Below are positions 38,039-49,100 of a stretch of DNA of 64,000 nt, piece by piece. Within the stretch, counting starts at the first letter, position 1, and each line of letters opens with the position of its first letter. The position numbers and the translations under genes are program-made. Source of the stretch: a virus (Duplodnaviria > Heunggongvirae > Uroviricota > Caudoviricetes). The notes under the pieces are model-generated. The model worked only from the letters and a program-made list of their open reading frames with translations, was not told the DNA's origin and did no database searches. Where the stretch lies: the IMG/VR virus record IMGVR_UViG_3300029610_000240; one strand, written 5' to 3'.

Positions 38039-38611
38039 TAATATAAAGAGGTGTAAAGATGTTTATGTTAGGAACTGGATTTTTCTTTTTTGTTTTCTGA
38101 TTGCAATTGGATATTTTTTGTACAAGTATTTTTCTCATTTTGGAGTTAACATACTTTCTGTAACGTTTCTAATTGTTATGTCCATTTTTTATTATTTCTT
38201 CATTTGTTTTGCCAAAACTTTGGAATGCCGGAGTTAATTCACCAGAACAATTTGTATTGGAATGCCAGAATGAAAAATAAATATCAGAAGAAATAACCTT
38301 TATATTTTTTTGAAATATGATATAATATAGTTGTATTTTTTATTAGATTTTAGAATTCCTATTAGAAGGATTCTGGACTTTATTAGACTTTGGAAATTCC
38401 ATTAGGGAAGTGCTGAACTTTTTAAAGAAAAACTTAAATAGAAACTTAATAACCAATTTAGGATGTAAATTTAGCAATTACTTTAGTATTGCGTATTTTT
38501 ACATCCTTTTTTATTTTACAAAGGAGGAAAATAAATGTAAAACATAATGGATAAACGTGTAATGTTGCGTATTTTTTAACAGTATGCTACTCTAAAAGAA
38601 AGGAAATAACG

Positions 38612-39127
38612 ATGGACATAATAAATAAATTAAACAAGAAAGGCAATGTTACTATGGAAGATATTTTATATCATGGAAGTAAAATGATTGTTTCTGAGCC
38701 AGAAATAAGAAAATCACGATTTACAAAAGATTTTTCGTGGGGATTTTATTGTACTAATCGAAGGAAACAAGCTGAAATTTGGTCAGTTCGTCATTGCGAA
38801 ACAGGATACGTCAGTGTTTATAAATTTCATAAGAGAAATGATTTAAAAATCAAAGTCTTTTCTACGACAGATGCAGAATGGTTAGATTTTGTTGCAAAAT
38901 GCAGAAATGGAGATATTCATGAATATGACATTGTAGAAGGCCCTATGGCGGATGATACTATTTACAATTATGTAGAGGATTATCTTGATGGGAAAATTTC
39001 GAAAGATGATTTTTTACAGTTGGCAAAATTCAAACATCCAACACATCAAATATCTTTTCATACCATTAAAGCATTGTCTTGTCTTGAATTTTTAAATGCA
39101 GAGGAGGTGCATGATGAAGGTCAATGA
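38612..39127 (+). CDS. hypothetical protein (171 aa). A 'LYHGS...GFYCT' motif resembles small DUF3990-type/ART-like proteins, but this is tentative.
   Basis: 'EDILYHGSKMIVSEPEIRKSRFTKDFSWGFYCTNRRKQAEIW'. Family recall only. Confidence 0.35.
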   Translation: MDIINKLNKKGNVTMEDILYHGSKMIVSEPEIRKSRFTKDFSWGFYCTNRRKQAEIWSVRHCETGYVSVYKFHKRNDLKIKVFSTTDAEWLDFVAKCRNGDIHEYDIVEGPMADDTIYNYVEDYLDGKISKDDFLQLAKFKHPTHQISFHTIKALSCLEFLNAEEVHDEGQ

Positions 39128-39539
39128 AAATGATTTATTTTATATTTGTTCTTTGATTGAGTCTGTATCGAGAAAATCCGGAAATAGTAAGGCTGATATT
39201 GTTGATACACTTGGAGAAAAAAAGCTTCGACGTTTGTATCGATTTGCCAATATCAATCACTGTTTGCCAATAGAACAGGTTACACAAGAAGTAATTGAGG
39301 ATAATCAGATTGTATGTCAAGAAAAGATTTCTCAGAGTCGCAAGCAATCCGTATGGGATTCTGGTCATATATATCAAAGATTGATTGTAGATACGATGAA
39401 TGGGAATGATTGGCTATCAAAAATGAAAGAGATATATCATTCCTGGATCTGCAAATATTTAGACAACGATAAGAAGCCTATCTACTGGCAACCTCGCAGC
39501 TATATACGAGAATGCTATTTACAGCAGAAAATTTTGTAA
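39111..39539 (+). CDS. hypothetical protein, overlapping partner of 38612..39127
   Basis: ATG 39111 with RBS 'gaggagg'. It overlaps the upstream gene by 17 nt. Confidence 0.4.
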   Translation: MMKVNENDLFYICSLIESVSRKSGNSKADIVDTLGEKKLRRLYRFANINHCLPIEQVTQEVIEDNQIVCQEKISQSRKQSVWDSGHIYQRLIVDTMNGNDWLSKMKEIYHSWICKYLDNDKKPIYWQPRSYIRECYLQQKIL

Positions 39540-39804
39540 TAATAGTGGAACTTAAGAATCATTGATGATTCAGTGTATTCGGGTAAAATGGAGTCCATGT
39601 TAGGATATCCCAAGGAACCCCTCTGTACGGCAATACGGAGGGGTTTATTTTTGTATTATAATAAAATGATATGCAAATGTTATAATTTATGTTATAATAT
39701 ATATAGTGAGTTCGTGCATATATTAATATGTACGAACTTTTTGTATATGGGCATTCTGTATAAACAGAGTGCCTTTTTTCATGTCTAAAATTAGGAGGAT
39801 AACA

Positions 39805-40899
39805 ATGAGAAAAAGAAGAATTGCAGTAGAGTTGTTTGCAATGATGATCGCGGTTACCGGTGTATTTCATGGAAGTATGAATGTTAATGCAGCGACAAAA
39901 AAGATTACCGTAGATCAAACATATGAAAATGCAACGAAAATCAAGGGAAAAACCAAAAAGGGATGTGTTGTTAAGGTAAAAATCGGGAAAAAGACATATC
40001 AATCCAAAGTAAACAAGAAAGGAAACTATAGTGTTAAGGTTTCTAAATTAAAACTTGGAAAGAAATATACTATGACTGCATATCAGAAGAAAAAGGTATA
40101 TGCGAAAAAGAGTTTTTATGCAGAAACAAAGAATATCAAAGTAAATGCATTTACAGAAAATGATCATATTTTTTCTGGATATGCTCCATCCAAAGCATAC
40201 ATTGTATTAAAATGCAGCGGAAAATCATATACGACAACAGCCAGCGTATCAGGATATTGGAAAATTGATACGAAAAAGCCGCTTGGAAGAAATCGTATTG
40301 AAATGAAAGTTTATAAAAAAGGAAAAGTTATTGCGAAGTATTGGAAAGAATATCAGAAAGAATCATCCGTAACGGATAAAAATGATGATCAAAACAATGC
40401 AGCATCCGCTGTACATAAGCATTTATATAATATTCCTGTATATAAAACCGTTCATTTTGATGAAGCAGGTCATTATGAGACAATCATAAGCTCAGGATCT
40501 TATTATGAAAAAGAAGTTTCTCACGACATCTGTGATACATGTGTGAAAGATCTTACGCAGGAATATATCAATGGGATAAAAGATGGGACTTATAAAAAAG
40601 TTGAGATTCCAAAGAATGATGAGAATACAAGTAGCTCTAAAAGTCGAGACATTCTTGACGATTATAAAGAAATTCGATGGAGTAATGATATGCCACTATA
40701 TGAAGATTTTATCGCATATGGTGGATGGAATCATACATGTTCCGATCATAAACTAACAGAGCAAACAGAAACAATTATGGCGTATTTTCCTGGGGCTATT
40801 CGTAAGGATTGGATTGTGGATCAGAAAGCTCATGATGAGCAAGTTGTAATCGGATACCAATGTAGTTGTGGAGACATCCATAAAGTAGAAAATAATTAG
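39805..40899 (+). CDS. Secreted protein with signal peptide and beta-rich Ig-like repeats
   Basis: RBS 'ttaggaggataacaatg'. Signal 'MRKRRIAVELFAMMIAVTGVFHGSMNVNA'. Confidence 0.55.
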   Translation: MRKRRIAVELFAMMIAVTGVFHGSMNVNAATKKITVDQTYENATKIKGKTKKGCVVKVKIGKKTYQSKVNKKGNYSVKVSKLKLGKKYTMTAYQKKKVYAKKSFYAETKNIKVNAFTENDHIFSGYAPSKAYIVLKCSGKSYTTTASVSGYWKIDTKKPLGRNRIEMKVYKKGKVIAKYWKEYQKESSVTDKNDDQNNAASAVHKHLYNIPVYKTVHFDEAGHYETIISSGSYYEKEVSHDICDTCVKDLTQEYINGIKDGTYKKVEIPKNDENTSSSKSRDILDDYKEIRWSNDMPLYEDFIAYGGWNHTCSDHKLTEQTETIMAYFPGAIRKDWIVDQKAHDEQVVIGYQCSCGDIHKVENN

Positions 40900-41067
40900 A
40901 ATATTAACATATTAAAAAAGGCATTCCGCTTATTGAACGGAGTGTCTTTTTTTGTGCGTAGACTTATTTAGAAGGACTCAATAATAATGATAAAAATGGG
41001 ATTTAATAAGGGATTTGTTAACGATAAATGTAAAAAGGAGCATAACAAGAAATTTAAGTGTTTGTTT

Positions 41068-43065
41068 ATGGGAATGAAAAAAATTGCTGTAGTAAATCTG
41101 GCTGCTGCCGGAGCAATGATCACAATTCCTGGACTATTTTCAGATTGCAATGTTATGGCCAATCAAAAAGTAAAATTATCCATAGGGAAAAATAAATTGG
41201 TCAATAAATCTAAATACGGTTATCTTCAAGTAGCCACACAGAAAAATTCAAACAGTCAAGGTTATCGTTCAGTAAATAGCAGAAAAATGACAACAGCTTA
41301 TCATTTACCTTCATCTTATGGTTCTACATCAAAAGCTGTAAAAAATCAGCTGCCTTGGGGAACATGTTGGATATTTTCAGCTATCGGCACAATGGAATAT
41401 ACTGCAGATAAGAAGGAATCATCAGATCATATCTTTTCAGAAGAAGAAATGCTTCGTTCATTTACAAAGAAATCAAATGTCGGATGGCAATTAACGAATA
41501 AAAATGATGGTGGTAACGAAGAGATGTCCGCGGGATATCTTGTATCGCACGGAGCTGTTAGCAGTGATATTCCATATGATACGAAAAATGTATTGATGGA
41601 ATTGACATATATAAGTCATGAGCAAAGCCAATCTGCGTATCGAGCTACAGATATAAAGTTTTTTCAAAAGAATTATAATCAGGATCAAACATTAACTGAT
41701 AATTATATCAATGAGGTAAAGCAGGCAGTTTATAACAACGGCAGTGTTTTAACTCTTGCAAATTGGAATTATCTTTATATCAAAGGTAATTCTATGAACA
41801 GTATTAATAGCAATGCTAGGGATAACCTTAATCATGCCGTTGTAATCGTTGGATGGGATGATAATTATGATAAATCGAACTTCTTGCAGAAGCCTAAAAA
41901 TAATGGTGCCTTCCTCGTTCGAAACAGCTGGGGAACTAATGATCATGGATATTACTGGGTATCTTATGAGGATAAATCAATTGTACCAACATATACAATT
42001 CAAGATTATGAAAAAACAGCATCAAATGAGAGAATTTATAATTTAGAAGAAGGTGCTTTATGTTCTACAGTAGCGATCAATAAAAAAACGGCCGGATTTG
42101 TAAATATATTTTCATTAAAGGGAAAAGAACAACTTGATAAAATAAGTTTTTATACGTCTAATGTTGGAGCAGAGTATCAGATATATTATGTTCCTTTAGA
42201 TCAGGATGGAAATTTGGATCTGAATGGTATGAAAGCAATTTCTGAATCTGGAACAGTGAATTATGAGGGATATTATACGAAACAAATCAAATCACCGATT
42301 ATTAAGCAGGGAAAAGTTGCGATTATGGTTGTAATTAAATCTTCTGGAAAAAATACATCAATGGGTGCTGAGGGAACGTATGATGCTGCATCCGCAAAAT
42401 ATTATGTTCCATCTATTTCTAAAGGAGAATCCTATTTAGTTACCGATTATGGTTCTCAGGATTCATATAAAGAAAATTATGGGAATTGGACGATTAAGCT
42501 AACAACACGAAATGCAAATGATAAATCAGTAACACAAGATAACAAAATACAGAATATAAAGAAAGAGATTACGGAGAAAGATTTAGGACTTCATTCAACC
42601 TCTGATTTAGAGCTTGATGCTGGTAATGTTGTGTATAACGGAAAAAGTAAAAAGCCCAATACGATTGTAACAACAGATAATGATGAATTATTAGATTTAA
42701 ACGATGATTATTATGCGGTATATAAAAATAATAAAAATATAGGATTGGCTACAGTTACAATTAAAGGCAAAAGTTTTTTTGTTGGTTCTAAGACAAAAAA
42801 GTTCTGGATTCATCCAGATAAGGTTAAATCCTTAAAAGTAAAACAAAAAAGAAACATAACCACAATTCGATTCAGAAAGAATAAAGGCGGAGTTACTGGT
42901 TATAGAATTAAGTATTCTACAAGAAGAGATATGAAACATTGCAAATATATTATGACGAAGAAGAATGTCTGTAAGATTAAGAATCGTCACAAATTATATG
43001 TTAGAGTTAAAGCTTATAAACAGGTTGGAACGAAAAAGGTATATTCTGTTAAATGGGCAAAATGA
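41068..43065 (+). CDS. Secreted papain-family (C1) cysteine peptidase with C-terminal Ig-like/FN3-like domains; start uncertain
   Basis: Catalytic Cys context 'QLPWGTCWIFSAIGTMEY'. His 'NHAVVIVGWDDNY'. Asn/Trp 'VRNSWGTNDHGYYWVSYED'. Signal 'MKKIAVVNLAAAGAMITIPG'. Confidence 0.8.
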   Translation: MGMKKIAVVNLAAAGAMITIPGLFSDCNVMANQKVKLSIGKNKLVNKSKYGYLQVATQKNSNSQGYRSVNSRKMTTAYHLPSSYGSTSKAVKNQLPWGTCWIFSAIGTMEYTADKKESSDHIFSEEEMLRSFTKKSNVGWQLTNKNDGGNEEMSAGYLVSHGAVSSDIPYDTKNVLMELTYISHEQSQSAYRATDIKFFQKNYNQDQTLTDNYINEVKQAVYNNGSVLTLANWNYLYIKGNSMNSINSNARDNLNHAVVIVGWDDNYDKSNFLQKPKNNGAFLVRNSWGTNDHGYYWVSYEDKSIVPTYTIQDYEKTASNERIYNLEEGALCSTVAINKKTAGFVNIFSLKGKEQLDKISFYTSNVGAEYQIYYVPLDQDGNLDLNGMKAISESGTVNYEGYYTKQIKSPIIKQGKVAIMVVIKSSGKNTSMGAEGTYDAASAKYYVPSISKGESYLVTDYGSQDSYKENYGNWTIKLTTRNANDKSVTQDNKIQNIKKEITEKDLGLHSTSDLELDAGNVVYNGKSKKPNTIVTTDNDELLDLNDDYYAVYKNNKNIGLATVTIKGKSFFVGSKTKKFWIHPDKVKSLKVKQKRNITTIRFRKNKGGVTGYRIKYSTRRDMKHCKYIMTKKNVCKIKNRHKLYVRVKAYKQVGTKKVYSVKWAK

Positions 43066-43252
43066 TTGTTATTATAACAGATAAAATATAACATTATATC
43101 ATAATTCAAATAAAAAAATTCGGTTTATAAAACCCATTTTTTTCGATAAAAATCATAAACAATAAATAAAGGTCCGGTATCACAGACGGAATTCTCATGG
43201 ATGAGAAATGTAACCATCAATATGCAGATTAGAAATAAGAAAGGACAGAAGT

Positions 43253-43600
43253 ATGTCAGGAATTAACATGGAGACAATCAAAACATTAGAAATGATCAAT
43301 ATGCTTGTACAAAAAGCAAAAAATGGAGTAAAGCCATTTTCAGAAGCCACATTAGAAAATATGGATAACTATATTTTTTATGATGAAAAAGCCGAAACTG
43401 AAAATGGATTCCCGATTGTACATGGCATGATGGTGGATGAAGATCATCATGATGTACTGTCAACATTAGACCAGTATATCAACAGTGACGATGAATATAC
43501 TGTCAGAGTAAGATTCGATGAAGACGATTACATGTACATCGAATTTCAGTTAGATGATGGCATCATTGAGATCGATGAAAATGGATGGTATGTTGCCTAA
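43253..43600 (+). CDS. Small, highly acidic protein (115 aa)
   Basis: RBS 'agaaaggacagaagtatg'. D/E-rich, for example 'MMVDEDHHDVLSTLDQYINSDDEYTVRVRFDEDDYMYIEFQLDDGIIEIDENGWYVA'. Confidence 0.5.
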   Translation: MSGINMETIKTLEMINMLVQKAKNGVKPFSEATLENMDNYIFYDEKAETENGFPIVHGMMVDEDHHDVLSTLDQYINSDDEYTVRVRFDEDDYMYIEFQLDDGIIEIDENGWYVA

Positions 43601-43802
43601 ATCTAAAAAAAGATAGTGTTTAATATTTTTAGACAGATTCATTGGATGTATAAGAAATGTAAATAATCATCCGTTATTATCCATATCATATACAAAATGT
43701 GTATTTTGTGTAAAATGTGTTAAAAACATAATTGCCACAAATGATGATATGTGATACAATTTCATGGTAACATATGAATTGCACTCTGATGCAACGTAGT
43801 AT

Positions 43803-43880
43803 GTGATAAAGTTATGCTCGCATGAGACGAGATCTGCCGGGTGGCAGAGGTAAAAAGGCCAGAGAATATCTGGTCTTTTT
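43803..43880 (+). ncRNA. Orphan tracrRNA-like module with no adjacent repeats, plus a terminator
   Basis: 'gtgataaagttatGCTCGcatgagaCGAGatCTGCCgggtGGCAG' has the same double-hairpin tail as the other tracr modules. The terminator 'aaaaaggccagagaatatctggtcttttt' follows. Confidence 0.45.
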
Positions 43881-44159
43881 ACTTAAAAATAGAGTATTAT
43901 TTATTAGCATTTTCTGATATAATATAAGCAGTGTTAGAGAGATATATGTAACACCATCGTTTATTAGAAAAGAATATACAGGGAAATTGCATCATTTTAT
44001 ACAATTTCTAAAGCGAGAGGTATTCATATATCTCTCGTTTTTTTTATGTGAAGAGTATTCGATTGAATGCTCTTTTTTCTTTGTAATAATCTAAACGATT
44101 TGTTACAGATCATCTCCTGGCATGAGTAACAAAAAGCTAATATGAAAGGAAGATGCTCT

Positions 44160-45038
44160 ATGATGAAAGAAAAAGGACAATTCAAGAAAAAGTTTGTACA
44201 GAAGATTGCTACAATTATGATGGCAGCAGCTATGGTTGTGAGTGGTGGATTTGGAGTTGCACCAGCAGCGGATCATTCAGTATCCGTATATGCAACAGAT
44301 AATGCATATCGTGGTTATCATGTAACTTCTACGAAGACGGAAAAGAAACCTGCGACCTCATCTACAAAGAAAAGCAAGTTGTCAAAAAATCATGCAAACA
44401 AAACAACAAAAACAGTAACAACTACGACAACTAGCACAGGTTACAAGCATGTTGTTGCAAAAGACACGAAAACTGTAACAAAGACTGTCGTAACTACAAC
44501 AAAGGTATATTACAAAAAGACCTTAACAACAACTGTAAAAAAACAGGTAACTGTAACGACAACAACGATCAATTATCTGAGAAGCGGTAATCCAGATTAT
44601 ATGAAATTAATGGGAACAGTAAATACTCAGATTCCTACAAAGGTGGGGAATGCAATGAAAGCAGATGGATTAAAAGTAGTCCTGAATCCTAATTTATCTT
44701 ATGATGGAGTATATTCTGCTTCCAGAAATTCCATTGAAATGAAAAATAATGTAGATTATGGTTTTATGCATGAAATTGGACACTATGTGGATCGTAAGAC
44801 AGGATATGTTTCAGGCAGTACAGAATTTAAAAATATCTTTAATTCTGAAAAATCCAAATACAAAGGATTTTATTCTGACTGGAATTTAGATAGTGGAAAT
44901 TATGCAAGAACAAGCACTTCTGATTATTTTGCAGAATGTTTTAGAGATTACTACTTTAGTGCAAACTCCAGAAGCAAGTTAAAAGCAAATTGTCCTAAAT
45001 CTTATAGTTTTATTCAGAAAACAATCAATAAGTTCTAA
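44160..45038 (+). CDS. Secreted HExxH zinc metallopeptidase-like protein, paralog of 45132..45959
   Basis: Signal/TM 'IATIMMAAAMVVSGGFGVAPAA'. 'FMHEIGHYVDRKTG...STEF'. Conserved C-terminus 'NCPKSYSFIQK'. Confidence 0.5.
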   Translation: MMKEKGQFKKKFVQKIATIMMAAAMVVSGGFGVAPAADHSVSVYATDNAYRGYHVTSTKTEKKPATSSTKKSKLSKNHANKTTKTVTTTTTSTGYKHVVAKDTKTVTKTVVTTTKVYYKKTLTTTVKKQVTVTTTTINYLRSGNPDYMKLMGTVNTQIPTKVGNAMKADGLKVVLNPNLSYDGVYSASRNSIEMKNNVDYGFMHEIGHYVDRKTGYVSGSTEFKNIFNSEKSKYKGFYSDWNLDSGNYARTSTSDYFAECFRDYYFSANSRSKLKANCPKSYSFIQKTINKF

Positions 45039-45131
45039 ACAATCAATATTAATTTATCTCAGGAGTCAGTAAGCAGATGCTTACTGGCTCTTTTAGTATA
45101 CAGAAAAAAATGAGGAGAAGAACACGAAACA

Positions 45132-45959
45132 ATGGAAAACAAAAATAACATAAGCAAGTTAACAAAAATCTTATTTGTTGCACTAGCAATGGGAATGATC
45201 TTGATTTCCCCATATCAATTATGCAATGTGGCAGCAGCTGATAAATACTATGGATACCAGAAGAAAACAAAGAGTGTAAAAACAAAGATAACAGCATCTA
45301 AAAAGAAAGTACGTATAAAAAAGAAATATAGAGGAACAAGAACCACAAAAAATGTTGAAAGCAAATGGTCTGATTCTTATAAATATACATATGGAGATGC
45401 AAAAAAGATACATATAAAGACAGTTATAACCACTCAAAAAACATATCACGGATATTTTATTACGACAAAGCGAAATATTAAAACGACAACTACAGAAAAT
45501 AAAATCAATTTTGTTCGCAATCAGAAGAAAGTTAGTTTTAATGGCCGAATTCCAAGTAATGTACAGAAACAATTGAATAGTGAAAAAATACAGATCGTCA
45601 TAAATCCAAAATTGAAACATAATGGAATCTTTTCTCTGAAAGATAAGAAAATATCCATAAAATATAACTCCGACTATGTTTTATTACATGAAATAGGACA
45701 TTTTGTAAATTACAAAAATGGTGATGCTGCACATAGTTCAGAATTTTATAATATCTACTTAAAAGAAAGAAGTAAATATCGTGGATTCTATAACGATTAT
45801 TATGAAAAGTTAGACCTTGGAAAATATGAAAGAACTACTCCTGCGGAATATTTTGCCGGAGCATATCGGGATTATTATTTTAGCAAAGATTCTCGGAATC
45901 GATTAAAAAAATATTGTCCAAATACTTATAATTTTATTACTAAATACCATTTTATTTAA
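45132..45959 (+). CDS. Secreted HExxH zinc metallopeptidase-like protein, paralog of 44160..45038
   Basis: 'LLHEIGHFVNYKNGDAAHSSEF'. C-terminus 'YCPNTYNFITK'. RBS 'tgaggagaagaacacgaaacaatg'. Confidence 0.5.
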   Translation: MENKNNISKLTKILFVALAMGMILISPYQLCNVAAADKYYGYQKKTKSVKTKITASKKKVRIKKKYRGTRTTKNVESKWSDSYKYTYGDAKKIHIKTVITTQKTYHGYFITTKRNIKTTTTENKINFVRNQKKVSFNGRIPSNVQKQLNSEKIQIVINPKLKHNGIFSLKDKKISIKYNSDYVLLHEIGHFVNYKNGDAAHSSEFYNIYLKERSKYRGFYNDYYEKLDLGKYERTTPAEYFAGAYRDYYFSKDSRNRLKKYCPNTYNFITKYHFI

Positions 45960-46126
45960 AATATTGTAATTTTGTAATAAATATATATTAATGTGGGGGC
46001 ATTACATAAATAATGAAATAAAAAGGCGTATTATATTGAAAAAAGTATCAAAAAGTGTTAGCATATTACATATAGACAAGAGAATTCAGAAAAACAAAAT
46101 GTGTATTTTATAAGGAGGATACTTAC

Positions 46127-49100
46127 GTGCAGAATGGATTTTTAGGAATAACTGTTAGTAGTGAACAGGTTGGTTGGGCAGTTACAAATCCCAAATATGA
46201 GTTAGAACGTGCATCTCGAAAAGATTTATGGGGTGTAAGGCTTTTTGATAAAGCAGAAACAGCGGAAGATCGAAGAATGTTCCGTACAAACAGACGATTA
46301 AATCAGAGAAAAAAGAACAGAATACATTATCTTAGAGATATTTTCCATGAGGAAGTAAATCAAAAAGATCCTAACTTTTTTCAGCAATTAGATGAAAGCA
46401 ATTTCTGTGAAGATGATCGTACTGTAGAGTTTAATTTTGATACTAATCTTTATAAGAATCAGTTTCCAACAGTGTATCATTTAAGAAAATATCTAATGGA
46501 AACAAAAGATAAACCAGATATTCGTCTGGTATACTTAGCTTTTTCAAAATTTATGAAAAATCGAGGACATTTCTTATACAAAGGAAATCTTGGAGAGGTT
46601 ATGGACTTTGAAAATTCCATGAAAGGCTTTTGTGAAAGTTTAGAGAAATTTAATATTGACTTCCCTACATTATCAGATGAACAGGTAAAAGAAGTCCGAG
46701 ATATCTTATGTGATCATAAAATTGCTAAAACTGTGAAAAAGAAAAACATCATTACTATTACAAAAGTAAAAAGTAAGACAGCAAAAGCATGGATTGGACT
46801 GTTTTGTGGTTGCAGCGTTCCTGTTAAAGTATTATTTCAGGATATCGATGAAGAAATTGTAACGGATCCAGAAAAAATCTCATTTGAAGATGCTTCTTAT
46901 GATGATTGTATTGCAAATATTGAAAAGGGTGTCGGTATTTATTATGAAGCTATTGTTTCTGCAAAGATGCTTTTTGACTGGTCTATCCTGAATGAAATTT
47001 TAGGTGACCATCAGTTATTAAGTGATGCAATGATCGCAGAATACAATAAGCATCATGATGATTTAAAGCGTTTACAGAAGATCATTAAAGGAACTGGCAG
47101 TAGAGAATTATATCAGGATATCTTTATTAATGATGTTTCTGGAAATTATGTATGCTACGTTGGTCATGCAAAAACAATGAGTAGTGCAGATCAGAAACAG
47201 TTTTATACATTTTTAAAAAATCGATTAAAAAATGTGAATGGTATTTCATCAGAAGATGCAGAATGGATTGATACAGAGATTAAAAACGGTACTTTACTAC
47301 CAAAACAGACAAAACGTGATAACAGTGTTATTCCGCATCAATTACAGTTAAGGGAATTTGAATTAATTCTTGATAACATGCAGGAAATGTATCCATTCTT
47401 AAAAGAAAACAGAGAAAAATTATTAAAAATCTTCAATTTCGTTATTCCTTATTATGTAGGTCCGCTAAAGGGCGTTGTAAGAAAAGGAGAGAGTACAAAC
47501 TGGATGGTGCCTAAAAAAGATGGTGTGATTCATCCATGGAATTTCGATGAAATGGTAGACAAAGAAGCGTCTGCGGAATGTTTTATTTCCCGAATGACAG
47601 GAAATTGTAGTTATTTATTTAATGAAAAAGTTCTTCCAAAGAATTCTCTTCTTTATGAGACATTTGAGGTATTAAATGAGCTAAATCCATTAAAGATCAA
47701 TGGAGAACCTATCAGCGTGGAATTAAAACAGAGAATTTATGAACAGCTTTTCTTGACAGGGAAAAAAGTTACAAAAAAATCTCTGACAAAATATCTTATC
47801 AAGAATGGCTATGACAAAGATATTGAATTATCAGGTATTGATAATGAATTTCACAGCAATCTAAAATCTCATATTGATTTTGAGGATTACGATAATCTAT
47901 CTGATGAAGAAGTTGAACAGATTATTCTTAGAATTACAGTATTTGAAGATAAGCAGCTGTTAAAAGATTATTTAAATCGCGAGTTTGTAAAGCTCTCTGA
48001 GGATGAGAGAAAACAGATTTGCTCATTATCTTATAAAGGATGGGGAAACTTATCAGAAATGCTATTAAACGGTATTACTGTAACAGATTCCAATGGTGTA
48101 GAAGTTTCTGTAATGGATATGCTGTGGAATACAAACTTAAATCTGATGCAGATCTTAAGTAAGAAATATGGATATAAAGCAGAAATCGAACATTACAATA
48201 AAGAACATGAAAAAACCATTTATAATCGTGAAGATTTGATGGATTATTTAAATATTCCACCGGCTCAGCGTAGGAAGGTAAATCAGCTGATTACGATAGT
48301 AAAATCTCTCAAAAAGACATATGGAGTTCCAAATAAGATTTTCTTCAAAATAAGCAGAGAACATCAGGATGATCCAAAGAGAACTTCATCCAGAAAAGAA
48401 CAGCTAAAATATTTATACAAATCCTTAAAATCAGAAGATGAAAAACATCTTATGAAAGAGCTTGATGAATTGAACGATCATGAATTATCCAATGATAAAG
48501 TTTATCTTTATTTTCTACAGAAAGGACGCTGCATTTATTCTGGCAAGAAATTAAATCTTTCAAGATTAAGAAAATCTAATTATCAGAATGATATTGACTA
48601 CATTTATCCATTATCTGCAGTAAATGATCGTTCTATGAATAATAAGGTATTAACGGGAATCCAGGAGAATCGAGCAGACAAGTATACCTATTTTCCAGTT
48701 GATTCAGAAATTCAGAAAAAAATGAAGGGATTTTGGATGGAACTGGTTCTGCAGGGATTTATGACAAAGGAGAAATACTTCCGATTATCCAGAGAAAATG
48801 ATTTTTCAAAGAGCGAACTTGTTAGCTTTATTGAACGTGAAATTTCAGATAATCAGCAAAGTGGAAGAATGATTGCTTCTGTATTACAGTATTATTTCCC
48901 TGAATCAAAGATTGTATTTGTAAAAGAAAAGCTGATTTCTTCCTTTAAGAGGGATTTCCATTTAATTAGTAGTTATGGTCACAATCATTTACAAGCTGCA
49001 AAAGATGCTTATATTACGATTGTAGTTGGAAATGTATATCATACAAAATTTACAATGGACCCAGCAATCTATTTTAAGAATCATAAGAGAAAAGATTATG

